DNA of 63,904 nucleotides, filler included, from Rhizaria sp. SCN 62-66 (GCA_001724265.1; 3 parts of 3 records of this genome joined end to end with filler, not necessarily neighbours in it); one strand, 5' to 3'; shown: positions 46,025 to 59,261, counted from the first letter of the whole stretch. Notes: a model not told the origin generated them from the letters alone. Made by a program: numbers and translations.

Positions 46025-49000
46025 CCGCCGCCGCCGCCGCCGCCGCGGCTGCGGGATCTGCCGTCGCGCCCCCGGGCCCCGCCGCGTCCGCCGCGGCGGC
46101 TGCGGCGGCGGCTGCGGCGGCTGCGGTCGCCGAGGCCACAACGTCGTCGCGCAGCTGCAGCAGCGCGCGCTGCAGCCAGCAGTAATCGCGCAGCTTCAGC
46201 GCCAGATGGTCCTTGCGCGCAGTGTGCGCGAGTTTGCGCAGCGAGGAGAGATCGGCGTCGGCCGAGGCGAAGGACGGGGCAAAGGTGGAGAGCTGCGCGG
46301 CGAGCGTGCCGGCGCGGTGCGCGTCGAGCAGCGCGAGCGACTCAAGCAGCCGCATGCGCAGCTGGTCCTTGGTCAGGTCGAAGTTGGCGTAGGCCTCGGC
46401 CAGCCGCGTCTCGGGCACCGACGCCGCGACCTCGGCCAGCGCATTGGCGACCACTGACCGCGAGTACGCGCCCGTCTCGTGCACGTACGTGCCGTCCATT
46501 CGCGCCTCCACAGCCGACGGCGCGCGGCCCCTCGTACCCGCGACCGAGTTGGACCCACCGCCGCCGCCGCCGCCGCCGCCGCTGCTGGAGTCGCCGTGGT
46601 TGCCGCCGTTGTTGGTGGGGCCGAGCGTGAGGGAGCCGCGGCGGGCGCGCGCGCGGCGTTCAGCCTGCGTCTGCGCCGCAAACGTCGCCTTGAGATAGTG
46701 CGGCTGCTCGCCCCCCGCCGCCAAACTATGGGCGGCGCTGGGGTTCGAGCCAAGCGCCTCGTCGCGCGCGCGGCGCTGCGCGCGGCGTAAGGCGGCCAGG
46801 TCGCCGGCGAGCTGCGCGCCGAACGCTGTCATAGCGCTCGTCGAGCACACCTGGTGTAGCACCTGCCCGCGCGCGCTCTTGTGGGCCGCCGCAGAGCCGC
46901 TGCCGCGGCGAGGGCTGCCGTGCGAGTCGGGCTGCGCGCCGTCGTCGTCGCCGTCGTTGTTCCCGGCCGCGGACCTGTGGTGCGCGTCGCCGTTGAGCAC
47001 GTCTGCGCTGTTGGCGAGGTAGCCCAGCTCGTACATGGCCTCGAGCTGCGCCGCCTTGAGCAGCACCAGCCCGATCAGGCGGCCGAACCGCTCCGTGGGC
47101 GCCTGCAGGCACTGGCGCCGGTAGCGCAGCGACTGCGCGGCGGCGGCGGGCAGCTTGAGCCCCGCGACGCCCGTCGCGCCCGCCGCCGTGTCCCCCAACG
47201 CAGTCGGGTCGAGCACGGCCGCATGAGAGCCAGAACCAGAGCTGGAGGAGCTAGTGGTTGCGCCTGCGGCAGCCTGAGCGTCGGCGTCGGCCTCAGCGGC
47301 GTTGTAAGCGTACGCGTAGGCGTCAAGGTCCGCGTCCGAGGATAGCGCGTCGTAGTCGGAAGTTAGGCTGCTGCCAGAAGTCAAGCCGCCGTTGGGCGTG
47401 GAGAGGTACAGGATAGGCTCCAGAGGCCGACCCGCAGCGGCGGCCACGGCGGCGGCGCTGGCTCCGGCGCTGGCCCCGGCGCGCCTGCTCTGGCCGCCAT
47501 AGCCGGGCTTGCTGATGTGGCTCGCGATCCCAGCCGCCCGCCCACTCTGCTGTTGCTGGTGTTGTTGCTGATGTTGCTGCGCAAGCGAGGCCCGGTGCTG
47601 CTGCTGCAGAGCCGCGTCCTCGCGGGCCGCAGCGGCGGGGTCCAAAAGGTCGCGAATCATAGCCTCGGTCGCCACGGGGTCGAGGCGGCCGCCGGGGCCG
47701 ACCAGTCCGTGCGCAACCAAACCGCCAGCGCCAGCGCCAGCGCCAGTACCAGCGCCAGAGCCGTTGGTGCCAGCGCGGGCCGACTTGGCGCCCTTGCCCC
47801 CAGCTCTGGCGCCGCCGCCGCCCAGCGAGCGGGGGTAGTCGTGGTTGCCGTCGCCGTCGTCGTCGTCGTCGTCGCCGTCGCCGTTGCCGGTGGTATCGTG
47901 CGTGCTGTACACGTCGACGTCGTTGGCGTTGTGATTAGAGTCAGCGTTCGCATTGCCGGAGCTGTTGTGCCTGTTGCTGTGTGCGTCAGGCGGCATCAGC
48001 AGCTGTTGCGCGAGCGGCCGCCCGGCCCTGGTGGCGTTGACGCGCTTTGCTGACTCAGCGAGCCGGGACGCGAGCGCCGCGGAGGAGACGGTGTCGCCGC
48101 GGCGGCTCAGGTGGCATAGCCGCAGCAGCGCCACCGTCGCCGCCGCCGCGCCCCCCGCGGCCCCCGCCCCGCCACTATGGCCGCCGCCGCCCGAGGCCGA
48201 GTCGTCGGGCGGGCCCGTCTCAAGCAGCCGCTGGGAGCCCCCGCCAGCGCCGGTGGAGCCTGTGCGCCGGCCTTTCCGGCCGCCGCCGCCGTTACCGCTA
48301 CTGCCACCGCTGCCGCCGCCGGTGCGGCCGGCCGCCGCCGCCGCCGCCGCCGAGGCCGCCGCGGCGTCGGCCGCGTAGCGCGCCGGCACCGTCGACGTGT
48401 AGCGCGTCGCGGCCGTGGCGGCAAAGGCCGAGGAGGCGGCGACGGAAAGCGCCACCGCCGCAGCCGAGGAGGCTGAAAGCGCGGACGCTGCGGCCGCGGC
48501 GGCTGCGGAGGCGGCCGCGCCCCCCGGGCCAGCGCCGCCGCCCGCGACGCCGGCGGTCGAGTTACTGTGCGCGTTGGCGTTGGCGCTGGCGTTGGCGTTG
48601 ATGCTGGCGTGCGCGAGCGCGGGTGGCGCGGGGTTGTAGATGGGGTAAGGGCGCGGTAGGTGCTCCCCAGACAGCACCGCCGCCTCGGCCGCGGCAGTGT
48701 CGTGGCGGAACGCGGCCTGAATGCGCGCAATCGGGCACTGCAGCGCGAGGTTCGGCGGCCCCAGCGGCTGGTACGGCGAGCCCAGTGCGCCGGCCGAGGC
48801 GCGGCCCGCGCGCGCGGCCTCGGCGGGGGGGAAGAAGTTCCACTCGCGCGCCGAGATGTGTTCCTTCGTGGTGAGGCCTCGCGAGAGCACGTCGCCCGGG
48901 TAGTGCGCCGCAGGCGCGGTGCCAGCGGCGATGACCGCGGCGGCGACAGCCGAGGCCTGCGCGGCGGCGGCGCGCGCGTAGTAGGGGTGCGACGCGGCCG

Positions 49001-49334
49001 ACGCGGGGTCGGAGGAGCCGAACGATAGCGCGGCGACGGTGCCCGTATTGTAGGACGAAGGCGAGCGCAGCGCGGAGGACGAATCTGAGGACGCACCGGA
49101 GGACAAAGAGCCGCCGCCGCCGCCGCCGGAGGACGAGGACGAAGAGGAAGTGGCGGAGCCAGAGGACGAGGCAGAGGACGAGGAAGACGCAGAGGCGCCG
49201 CCAGTCAGCGTCGACGGGGAGGAAAGGATGGCGAAGCCGGGGGAAACGCTCGACTGGTTCGACGAGGACGAAGATGTGTACATGAACGCTGAGGATGCGC
49301 CCGCAGGCGCGCGCGGGGGAAGACTCGGCTGCAT
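46025..49334 (-). CDS. Large orphan low-complexity protein, partial (3' end in gap)
   Basis: About 1100 open GC3-rich codons from ATG 49334, with islands of complex helical sequence (RLIGLVLLKAAQLEAMYELGYL, PHYLKATF, KLRDYCWLQRAL). Confidence 0.8.
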
Positions 49335-49842
49335 GCGGCGAGCGGACAGTCCCTGAGGCGGCGAGACAAGGGTGGTAGAGAGAGAAACGACTGTCGAGAG
49401 AGAGTTGCTGCTGCAGGGAAAGATAGACGAGATGATTGGCGGAGTTTAGGAAGTGAGCAAATAATAAATGCGGCGATTGCACGATATAATGTCTGGTAAT
49501 ACCAACCACGGACGTTTGGAGATCATTCGAACTGCGTTTCAACACACCAACTGTTAACCAACCACCCGTTTTTTAGGAACTGGCCACGAGGCTGACGGCG
49601 ACCGACTGTAGCAAGCGAGGCTGCGAGGGTTTGGGCTGATCTTGCAGAGGGTAGAAGCAGTCTGGGGATGGTTGTATTGTGTTGCGGATACGTGTAATAG
49701 AATGAAAAATACGTGCTTTATGCGATTTTTATTTTGTATTTTCTTGAACCCCTGTCTATGTTGCGCTGAGCGCTCACCTCGACTTGCCTCTTGCACTGTC
49801 TCGCCCCCACCACTTTCGCTGTCTTCGCTGCAGAGTTTAACA

Positions 49843-50064
49843 ATGTTCCGCGGCTCTTCCCCCGCCCTGAACAACGGGCTCCCTCCTTCTAAGTCGATGA
49901 TCGGCCGCAACAAGCTCGAGGCGATCCGCAACCACGACATGTTTCACAACAAGGCCCAGCTCGGCAAGTGGGCGTCGTGGCGCTTCGCCGCCGCCGGCTT
50001 CGCGACCTACTTCGCCGTCAAGACCGTCGTCAACATTGTCTCGCCCCCCGACAACCACCACTAA
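49843..50064 (+). CDS. Small single-TM protein, complex I B12/NDUFB3-like, 73 aa
   Basis: GC3-rich. EAIRNHDMF, then a G/A/F-rich helix and a His-ending tail, resembling plant/fungal B12 subunits. Ends TAA. Confidence 0.5.
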   Translation: MFRGSSPALNNGLPPSKSMIGRNKLEAIRNHDMFHNKAQLGKWASWRFAAAGFATYFAVKTVVNIVSPPDNHH

Positions 50065-51233
50065 GTGCACCATACGCCCTGACACACGCTATTCGCACGG
50101 GTGCTGTTGACTACATCTCGACTTATTGCTTTGTTTTCCGCTTCCCAACCTATTTTCGTTTTTTACTGCGTCGTTGATGCTGCCTGACTGCTGCCCGCTG
50201 CCGCCACCGTTGTCGCCACAGTCGCTGCTGCTCACGCTGGCGCTAACAGCACCACACCACGAGCAACATCCGCATCAGAGCCCCACTCGCTCTGACTCGC
50301 GCGCTGCATGCGCAGGCTCGGACTCGTTGCCAGCCTCCTGCAGGCGTCGTGAGACGGTGGCTTATTTTAGTATACAAGCACTCCCTTTGCTCCTCCCGCT
50401 TGGTACCGACTATCGAGATGTATATCCACTTAGATCGTGCGGTGCGCAGCGCGGTGAGCAGAGGGGCGCTTGCGGGATGTCTCTAGAAGACTACTTATTG
50501 ATATTTATACCCATCTAACATCTAAACGCTCGCTGCTCGCTGCTGCGACACTTTGCAAAGACAGCTTTATCTCTGTACTGTGACAAACGCGCGCAGCAAG
50601 CGTCGACTCCCGTACCAACCAAAACTAAAACATGATAAAAATACACACAAACACTTATTATTCCTGACAAGACGTGACATAATGTTGAATCTTTGTGGTT
50701 TGTATTGGCATAATTGATCGAGCGTGCGGATTCGTTTTGTGAGCACGACAGAGGGTCGTAAAGAAAGAGAGACTACGTAAACTTGGTGGGGGTTTCGCCG
50801 GTAAGCGGCGGGTTTGTGACAGCAGGGGAACAGACAGGTCAGAGCAGCGACAGAGACAGCACGTACACTTCACAGCAGACAGCAGCGATTACAACAAGAC
50901 AGCAGCAGAGGTGGCAGCGAGTTGCAGCAAGCGCCGTCGCAGTCCAGCTGAATGAGCGTGCGCGCACGTGCGCATCGCTGGAGCTGGCCGTCAAAAGCAG
51001 CAGCATCGGCGCGAGTGTAGATCTTCAGCACAGGCAGGATCACCGGCACAAGCAACGTGGAACGGACAGCAAAGCCTCGCGCAGCAGCGCAGCAGCGCAG
51101 CAGCGCAGCTTGCACGTCCACACGTCACGCCTTAGTCAAGCCATGCGCTACGCAATGTACAACAGTTTGCAGCGTAAGAGGTCCCTGTTGTGGAGCTGTG
51201 CATTGTCGGAGAGCTTCGCAGCGGCGAGCGTGC

Positions 51234-51737
51234 TTAGTACTGCATGGGGGGCTGCTGGGTGGGGAGGAGGCCGAAGCGCTTCTTCGTGGTCACGCGCTGG
51301 CGGGAGAACTTGTCGTCGGGCGAGAAACGGGCTGCAAAACACGAGCAAAGTAGAGCGAAAGCGAGAGCGAGACAGCGAAAGATGAGAGTGAGCGGAAGCG
51401 CAAGGGAGGCGAGGAGCGGCGAGGCTCGAGAAAGAACGAGAGCAAAGCAGGGGGATACGCGGGGAGTTAAGGGGCGCGGGACGTACCAGGATGAGCAGAG
51501 GTGGTGGGGACGTTCTTGCCGTCAACAACAACCCACTTCTTGAGGGTGTAGGTGCCATCGGCAGTCTTCCTGCAGGGGCGCAAAGCGGAGCAAGCAGAGG
51601 CGAGAGCACACAGAGACGCGGTGAGGTGCGATCGGCAAAGTGATATGCGGGACAGGCGGCGACCGTCAGCAGAAAAATGAAAGAACAAACAAATATCTTC
51701 AGCAAAAAGGAAAACGTATGACGTACATAAGGTGCAT
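51234..51737 (-). CDS. NOP10: H/ACA snoRNP protein Nop10; exons 51737-51727, 51569-51487, 51331-51234
   Basis: Spliced product [63 protein letters not shown]. Both donors are GTACGT. Ends TAA. Confidence 0.96.
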
Positions 51738-52605
51738 GTTGCTAAGAGTTGTTCACCAAATTGGGACAATTCACTATCCGTTCAGTCCACTTCTCGTCGC
51801 TCTCGGCCGACTCGCTCTGCCGAGCTTGGTCAGTCCCGGTCAGGAAAGTTAGGTCGGACTGGCGAGCGTCCGAGACTGACCAACCGAGCGAGAGCAGCAA
51901 ACTGGCTCCTCACTGGGCGCCTGCTATTCAGCCAGCCTCTTTCTCAGCGTCTGAGTGGCGCGATGCGATTGTTCTTTGCGGTCAAGTTTTGGTTTGTGGA
52001 TTGGTGCTGGTGTTTTCTGTTTGTTTTTTGTATTGTTTTGCGGCAACCTGCGTTTTGTGGTGGACGTGGGCCTTGATAGGATCCTACTCGAGGGAAGAGA
52101 GGCTGAGCGTGTGCCAACGCGATTTCTTCAAGACTCCCGTCGCAGCAGATCGATCCTGCTCATATTGTCGCCCAAACTCGCGCATATCACCACAAAGAAT
52201 GCACCTTGGACGCTTGTTTTGCGTTTACAGCGCTCTCGCCCACGCCTCCCCTTGCTAAACTCTTGCTGCTCCTCTCTCCATTTACTCGTTTCTCACACTC
52301 TCTTGCTTCCACGCTCACACACGCTCTTTGTCTGATCTCCTTCTCTCACCGACCACCCCCTCACTTGGCCCCGCAGCCTCCAGTCTCCTCCCTTTCCCGG
52401 AGCCTGCCTCCCCCCGCTTTCCCCCACCCTCAAGCCAGCTGCTCGCTCGCCGCCGCCGCCGCGCGCCCCCCTTGCTCTCCGCCCCCACACCCGCCAAGCA
52501 GCCTTTGCACCGCACCGCTTCGCACCGCGTCGGCTTCCCCTCGCTTGTTTCTCCTTACAGCAGCACACCGCGCGCTTTCACACGCACCCACGCACACACA
52601 CGCAC

Positions 52606-53349
52606 ATGTCTGACCCTTCCGCGGACCCCAAGGCGTTCGACAACGCAGCCGAAGCCGCGCACGACCACGACGGCGACCACGACGACAATGCCGGCAACGC
52701 CAACAACAACAGCAACGCCGCCGCGGCCGCCGCGGGCGGGCCTCTGGCGGGAGCGCCGAACCTTGCGCAGCTGACGAAGAAGAAGGTTGCCGTCAAGGTC
52801 GGCATGGTTGGCGACTCGCAGATCGGCAAGACGTCGCTCATGGTCAAGTACGTCGAGGGCAGCTTCAACGAGGACTACGTGCAGACGCTGGGCGTGAACT
52901 TCATGCAGAAGACGATCCAGCTCACCAGCACGGACATCACGTTCACGATCTGGGACCTGGGCGGCCAGAAAGAGTACCTGCACATGCTGCCCCTGGTGTG
53001 CAACGATGCCGTCGCCCTACTCTTCATGTTCGACCTCTCACGCAAGAGCACGCTGACGAGCATCAAGAACTGGTACAAGCAGGCGCGCATGCTCAACAAG
53101 ACGGCCCCGCCGTTCCTGATCGGCACCAAGTTCGACCAGTTCTCACAGATGAAGCCTGAGGAGCAGGAGGAGATCACGACGCAGGCGCGCCGCTTCGCCA
53201 AAGCCATGAAGGCGCCCCTCATCTTCTGCTCGGCGTCACACTCGATTAACGTGCACAAGATCTTCAAGATTGTGCTCGCCAAGGCCTTCGACCTCAAGTG
53301 CAACGTCGACAAGATCGAGCGCGTCGGCGAGCCCATCATCGAGTACTAA
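52606..53349 (+). CDS. SPG1: Spg1/Tem1 small GTPase (SIN/MEN pathway), 247 aa
   Basis: VGDSQIGKTSLMVKYVEG.F.EDY.QTLGVNFM, WDLGGQ, LPLVCNDA, MFDLSRKSTL, GTKFD, SINV.KIFKIVL.KAFDL, GEPI. Ends TAA. Confidence 0.96.
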   Translation: MSDPSADPKAFDNAAEAAHDHDGDHDDNAGNANNNSNAAAAAAGGPLAGAPNLAQLTKKKVAVKVGMVGDSQIGKTSLMVKYVEGSFNEDYVQTLGVNFMQKTIQLTSTDITFTIWDLGGQKEYLHMLPLVCNDAVALLFMFDLSRKSTLTSIKNWYKQARMLNKTAPPFLIGTKFDQFSQMKPEEQEEITTQARRFAKAMKAPLIFCSASHSINVHKIFKIVLAKAFDLKCNVDKIERVGEPIIEY

Positions 53350-54365
53350 GCACCAACAATACTAATGCAGACAGCAAAGACACACCTTGCAGTTTTTCTT
53401 ATCGGTATCGTCCGTTCTGTTTTCAACCTTTTAGTTTTTGATCTTTTTGTTCTTTTAACAGTAGCAACAGTTCACAGAGACTGTCATAGTAACGATAACA
53501 TGCAACCCAGAACAAACGATACTCAGGCAAGCGAGTCAGCGAGCGAGCCAGGGCTTCTGTCTGACTAGCTTCGGGAGCCGCGGCAGCTTTGGAAGCCGCT
53601 GCAGCTTCATTTGACTCGTCTCGTGTCGGTCGGTTGGCTGGGCTCTGCTTCGCTTCGGCAGGCGCGTGATTGTTTGTCTCATCAATAGTTTTTTTTAGTC
53701 GAGTATGACAACTTTCTTTTCTCCTCAACAAGATACGCATATATATCACCACAATACACAGAATATCCAGATAAACCTCGCGTTACGATGCACAACAAGC
53801 GAGTTTTTTACTATGCGGCAGCTTTTTCGTCACTGCATCCCAGCCCGTCGTCGAGCACTGGGTCACTGGCAGGGAGGCGAGGGCGGCGTCAGTTGACTAT
53901 TATTTAAGAGAAGTTTATGACCAATCTGCTCATTAGAATTCTATTTATCTGAACCTATCATGTTAAATACGTGTGATTATAAGCTATGGTTTAACTTACA
54001 ATTCTCAAGTGGCTGATGCTCCGTCCCAAGCTATTCTTTTTTCATTCCCATTGTGACCTCATCGCCCCAATCGTCTGGCTCCTCTTATCAACCCTTTGCA
54101 GACCCGCGTCTCTCCGTCAGCAGACGCACGACCCCAACGGCAGATCTTGCGCGTCTGTCTCACACTTTTTCCAACTTAGGTTGGACGCATAACCCCTTGG
54201 GCGCGCTACCCCACCTGAGTCCAGTAACCGCCCTGAGCTTCCCCTCCTTCCCCGCCCGCCCGTCGCGCCGCTCCCCGCGCCCGCGCTGGTCCCCCTTCCC
54301 CCACTTTTCTCCGCCGCGCCCCACGCGTCTTCCCGCGCCCGCGCTTACCCAGCCCCGCGCGCCGC

Positions 54366-57233
54366 ATGTCTTCCGCCGCCCCCACCGCCCCCGCAGGCGG
54401 TTTCAGCGGTTTCGAGGACCGGTACGAGCTGGAGGACGTGCTCGGCGAGGGCAACTTCGGCGTCGTGTACCGCGCCCGGCACCGCGCCTCGGGTGCCTCC
54501 GTTGCCGTCAAGCGCCTCAAGCAGCCTTACCCGCGCTGGGGGCCGGTGCTTGCGCTGCGCGAAGTCGCCGCGCTGCGCGTGCTCTCGCCGCACCCGCACA
54601 TCGTTTCCCTGTGCGACCTAAGCAAAGACGGCGACGTGGCGTCCTTGGTGTTTGAGTATCTCCCGCAGAACCTGTTCGAGGTGCTCAAGAATCTCTCGGC
54701 CGCGCGCCCCGCCGCCGTGGCGCGCGCCTGGCCCGAGGCCCGCGTGCGCCACTTAGCTCTGCAGTTGACGCATGCGCTGGCGCACACGCACGGTCGCGGC
54801 TACGTGCACCGCGATATCAAGCCGGAGAACGTGCTGCTGGACGAGGACGCCGGGGACGTCTGCAAGCTCGCCGACTTCGGTCTTGCACGCCCTTATAACG
54901 CCAACAGCCAGCAGCAGCAGCAAAGTCTCCCTCCTCAGAGCACCAGCTACGGCGCCGGCTACAATCAGTCTTCTCTCGCGAATGCGAGTGCAGCTGCAAG
55001 TGCAGCGGCCCGTCCGATGACGACGTACGTGAGCACGCGCTGGTACCGCGCCCCCGAGCTGCTGCTGTCGAGCCCGCTGTACGGCCCGTCGGCGGACGTG
55101 TGGGCGCTCGCGTGCGTCATCGCCGAGCTGGCCACAGGCCGGCCGCTCTTCGCGGGCGTCTCGGACCAGGACCAGCTCTACAAGGTCGCCTCCGTGCTCG
55201 GCTCCCCCGCGCCCGCGGACTGGTCTCAGGCGCGCGCGCTGTCTGCCGCCTCGGCCGCCTCGGCCGCGGGGGTCTCTCTGCCCGAACACTGCGTGGCCGT
55301 GCCGCTGGCGTCGCTGCTGCCGGCTTCGTCGCAGTCACCTCAGCTCGTCGACTGGCTCGCGCGCTGCCTGGCGTGGGACCCAGCGAAGCGGGCCAGCGCC
55401 GCGCAGCTGCTGCAGCACCCTTGGCTCCTCCAGGCACGGCTCCCGCAGACGCAGCAGCTGCAACAGACGCTGGCGCCTGACTGGGGTAAGATCATGGCCG
55501 AGGCCTCCGCTGACAATGGCAACCTCAGCAGTCCCAAGAACAGTGTCGCCGCCGGCGGTGGGTTCGGCCCGCACCCGTCTCCGCCGCAGGCGCAGGCGCA
55601 GGCGCAGCAGCAGGGGCCGTCGCCGTCGACCGCGATGCGTCGGCTCGTGCAGCTCGGCAGCAGCCCCCCTAGTAACAACAACATTAACACTATTAACATT
55701 AACAATATTAACAATAACAACAACTGCGCGAATACGACGGCGGCTATGATTGGCGTGTCTCCCGCGTCCGTCGCCGTCGCCGCTGCGGCCGCGGCGTTGC
55801 ACCAGGGCAGCGTCGGCGGCGGCAGAGTCGCGGGGGGCCTCTTCGACATCGCGGACGAGGACGACGACGAAGCCTTCCTTGACTCGATTGGCATGGCCCC
55901 GCGCGCCAACGCCGCCAATGCCACCAACAGCGGCGCGCAGCATGGCACTGCCGCGGCGGCCGCGGTCGCCGCGCTGGCTAGTCTCTCTACTTCCGGCGCC
56001 GGCATCAGCGGCAGCGGCAGAGGCGGCGGCGGCAACAGCGTAACCTCGCTTTTCGCGGGCACGGCCACATCGGCCGACGGGTTCCTGCTGCCCGCGCAGG
56101 GCCTGCCCCTGAACTCCGGCGGCTCTCTCTCTGCTTACTCTGCCAACGCGCACGCGAACGCCCACGGTGGCGCCGTCGGCGCCAGCGGTGCCGCGGGCCG
56201 CGCCCTGCGGCCGGGACCCATCGACACGGGCGCCGCGTCCGTCACCGCCAACACCGGCATCACGGGCGTCTCGAGCGCGCCGCCCAGCGCGGGGGCGTAC
56301 GGCGGCGCGGGCGCCGCGGGGGGGGCATTGTTCCTGCCCACGCCGCCGCCGGGCACCGCGAGCAACACGGCCTCCAACACGGGCACAGCCAACACGCCCA
56401 CGCCCACGCCCTACGGCGCGGCTCATTATAGCAACGCTAACACGCTGTACCCGGCGCACGGCCACAGCCACAGCGCGGGCGCCAGCGGGGGCCGGACCAC
56501 GCCCAGAGGCTCGCCGCTGCCGCTGTCGCATGCGGCGCACGTGTTTCCGTCCGTGACTGACGCCAACAGCGTCACCGCACACGGCGCGCTCAACGCGACT
56601 GCGCCGGTGGCCCCGACCCCGACTGCGACCGCAACTGCGACTGCTTCAGGCCCGTACCCGTCCCCCGGCACGTCGGCGTGCTCTACCCCGCGCCAGTCCT
56701 TCGCGCTCCCGCCAGCATTGGCGACGCTGCCCACGGTCCCGCTGCCGGCCCACATGTCGGCCGTGATGGGCGCGACGGAGGTCCACCCGGCCATCTTCCG
56801 CCCGCGCGGCGCCTCGCTCACCAGCAGCAGCGGCAGCGGCGCCGGCGCCGGCGCCGGCGCTGGCGGGCCCGGGGGCCTGCCGCACACCTGTGGCAGCGGC
56901 GGCAACTCAGTCGCGAACACGGGCGGTCACAACACACCGCGCGACCGCGACGCCGCCGCCGCGGCCAGCCTCAGCGCCAACACTGGCGTCAGCCTGTCGG
57001 CGCGCGAGCGGCTCTCGCCGCTGATGGTGCCCGCGCCGCCGCAGGGCCCTGCGCCGCCGCCGGGCAGCACGCCGTCGTCCGCGCGCACGCACAGGCTCTC
57101 GGCCTCGTCCTCCTCGCTCTCGCTTGCGCTCGCAGCCGCCAGCGCCGCCAACGGCGGGCTGTCTGCCGCCGCCGCCGGGGCTCCGGTCGCCGGCTCGGCG
57201 AGTTACGCGGGCCCCGTCGCCGTCAGCCTCGGC

Positions 57234-57264
<31 letters not shown>

Positions 57265-59261
57265 GCGGCAGTAGTGCGCCGCCGCCCGTCTCGCCGTTTG
57301 CGTCCATGCGCTCTCTCGCGCTCGGCTCCCCGGCCAATGGCGCCGGGGTGAGCAGCGCAACGGCGATGGGCAGCAGTCTCATCGGCGGCGCGGGCGGGGG
57401 GATGTCGTCAAGCAACCCGTTCTACAACAGCTCGGCGGCCGCCGCGGCCGCCGCGGGGGCGGGGGGCTCGCGCGGGCATTCGAGAAACAACAGCGGCAAT
57501 GGGGCCGGGTTCCTGCACAACATGAGCGCAATTGGCCACAGCAGCGCGCCGGGCGCGTTCGGCGCCCCCGGGTCGCTGAGCGCCACCAGCAGCGCCACGG
57601 GCACGCCGTCGCCGTCGCTGCACGCGCGCGCACACGTGTCGCCCCGCGACCACTACTTCGGTGCGAGCGGCGGCGGCAATGGCGGGCTCAGCGACCGCGA
57701 CCGGGACCGGGACCGCGACCGGGATGTCGACGGCAGCACGGCGGCCACTACTGCACTCGGAGGCGGCTCCAGCAACAGCAACGCGCTGGGCAGCCTCAAC
57801 GCCGCCCACTTCGCGGGCGCGGGCAGCCGCGGCAGCCTAGCCAGCACCCACAGCGCGCACAGCAGCAGCGGCGGCAGCAGCAACGGCAGCAGCGTCGGCA
57901 GCGGCGCTGAGGGCGTCAGCGCGTCGCTGTTCGTGTACGCGCACGGCAGCAGCGGCGGCATCGCCAACTCCAGCAGCGTCAACAGCAGCGCGGCGGGGAT
58001 CTCGCCCAACGGGCTTAGCGCCGGCAGCGCCGGTGGCGGCGTAAGGGGCCGTTTGACTAGCCCCAGCGACGCCTCGCTTGCCTTCGCCAACGCCTTCGGC
58101 GCCGCCCCGGCCGCTGCGCCCGCATCAGCCTCTGCCGCAGCTGCAGCCGGTTACCCACCGTCTGCCGGCGGCGGCGCGGCCGACGGAGACTACAGTGGCG
58201 TCATGCGCACGTCATCGCTCCCGCTCACGCTGCAAGGCGGCCTCGGCCTCGGCCACAGCCACGGCGCGGCCGGACTGGGCGCCGGGCTCGGCGCAGGCGT
58301 GCTGGCGTCGGCGGTGCCCGCGCCTTCTCCGAGCCCGACCCCGCCGTACAACAGCGCGCAGCAGCAGCATCAGCAGCAACAGCAGGGGCAGGGCGCGGTG
58401 CCTGAGTGGCTGCGCAACAGCAGCGGGCCCAGCGCTAGCCCCGTCAGCGGCGGCAGCGGCGGCGGCGGCGGCACTGGCGGCTCCCCCTTGAGTGGCCCGC
58501 TGGCCTCGAGCCCTGGTGCGCTCGCTGCCGCCGGCGTCGCCCCGGGCCTCAGCCACAGCTACAGCCAGGGCCTCGGATCCGGGCTCGGCCACGGACACGG
58601 CGTCGGGCCCCTCAGTCCGGGCTCGTTTGCCGCGCTCAGCGAAGACAACCGGCGCGGGTCGATCAGCTCGCTTAAGAAGCAGCAGCAGATGCGTGGCATC
58701 TACACCGGTGCCGCGGGCCCCAGTCCTTCCAACAACAATAACAACAGCAACAATATGTACTACAACAACATCACTAATAACAACAACGCCAGCAACAGTA
58801 CTAGTAACAACTTTGCAGGGGGCGGTTATCTCAACAACGCGAGCGGCAGCTACAGCAGCGGCGGCAACAGCCTCAACATGGGAGCCAGCGCGCCGCCGCT
58901 GCCCGCGATGAGCCGTTCCGGCAGCACCGCGAGCAGCCAGGGCCTCAGTGCCACCGTTGGCGGCGGCGCTGGGGACGACGCGCTCTCGGCGCTGCTGTCC
59001 GCGGCCTCCTCGCCGGGCGCGCCCAACGGCCTCGGGCTTGGAGCGCAGCCGCCGCGCGAGACGCCGCTGACGGGCCGCCGCAGCGCCACAGCGACCGCGG
59101 CCGCGCTTGCCAGCGCCGAGGGCGGCGGCGGCGGCGCGAGAACCGGCGGCCTGGGCGGCGGCGGCGTCTCGACTGGTTCTGGCGCTGGCGCCGGGACCGG
59201 GAGCGCGGCTGCGGGCCGTCGGTCGGCGCTGGGCGCGGCGGGCGGGCGCGCGCTTGTGTAA
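54366..59261 (+). CDS. RCK-family (MAK/ICK/Ime2-like) Ser/Thr kinase with ~1270-aa low-complexity tail, 1631 aa
   Basis: LGEGNFG.V, VAVKRLK, LREV..L, HRDIKPEN, DFGLAR, TTYVSTRWYRAPE.LL, RPLF.G.S..DQL, WDP.KR. Ends TAA. Confidence 0.92.

Noticed and set aside
9582-51737. Functional cluster of nucleolar genes (Nopp140-like, RRP6, NOP10)
   Set aside because: They lie on three different contigs with unrelated genes between them.
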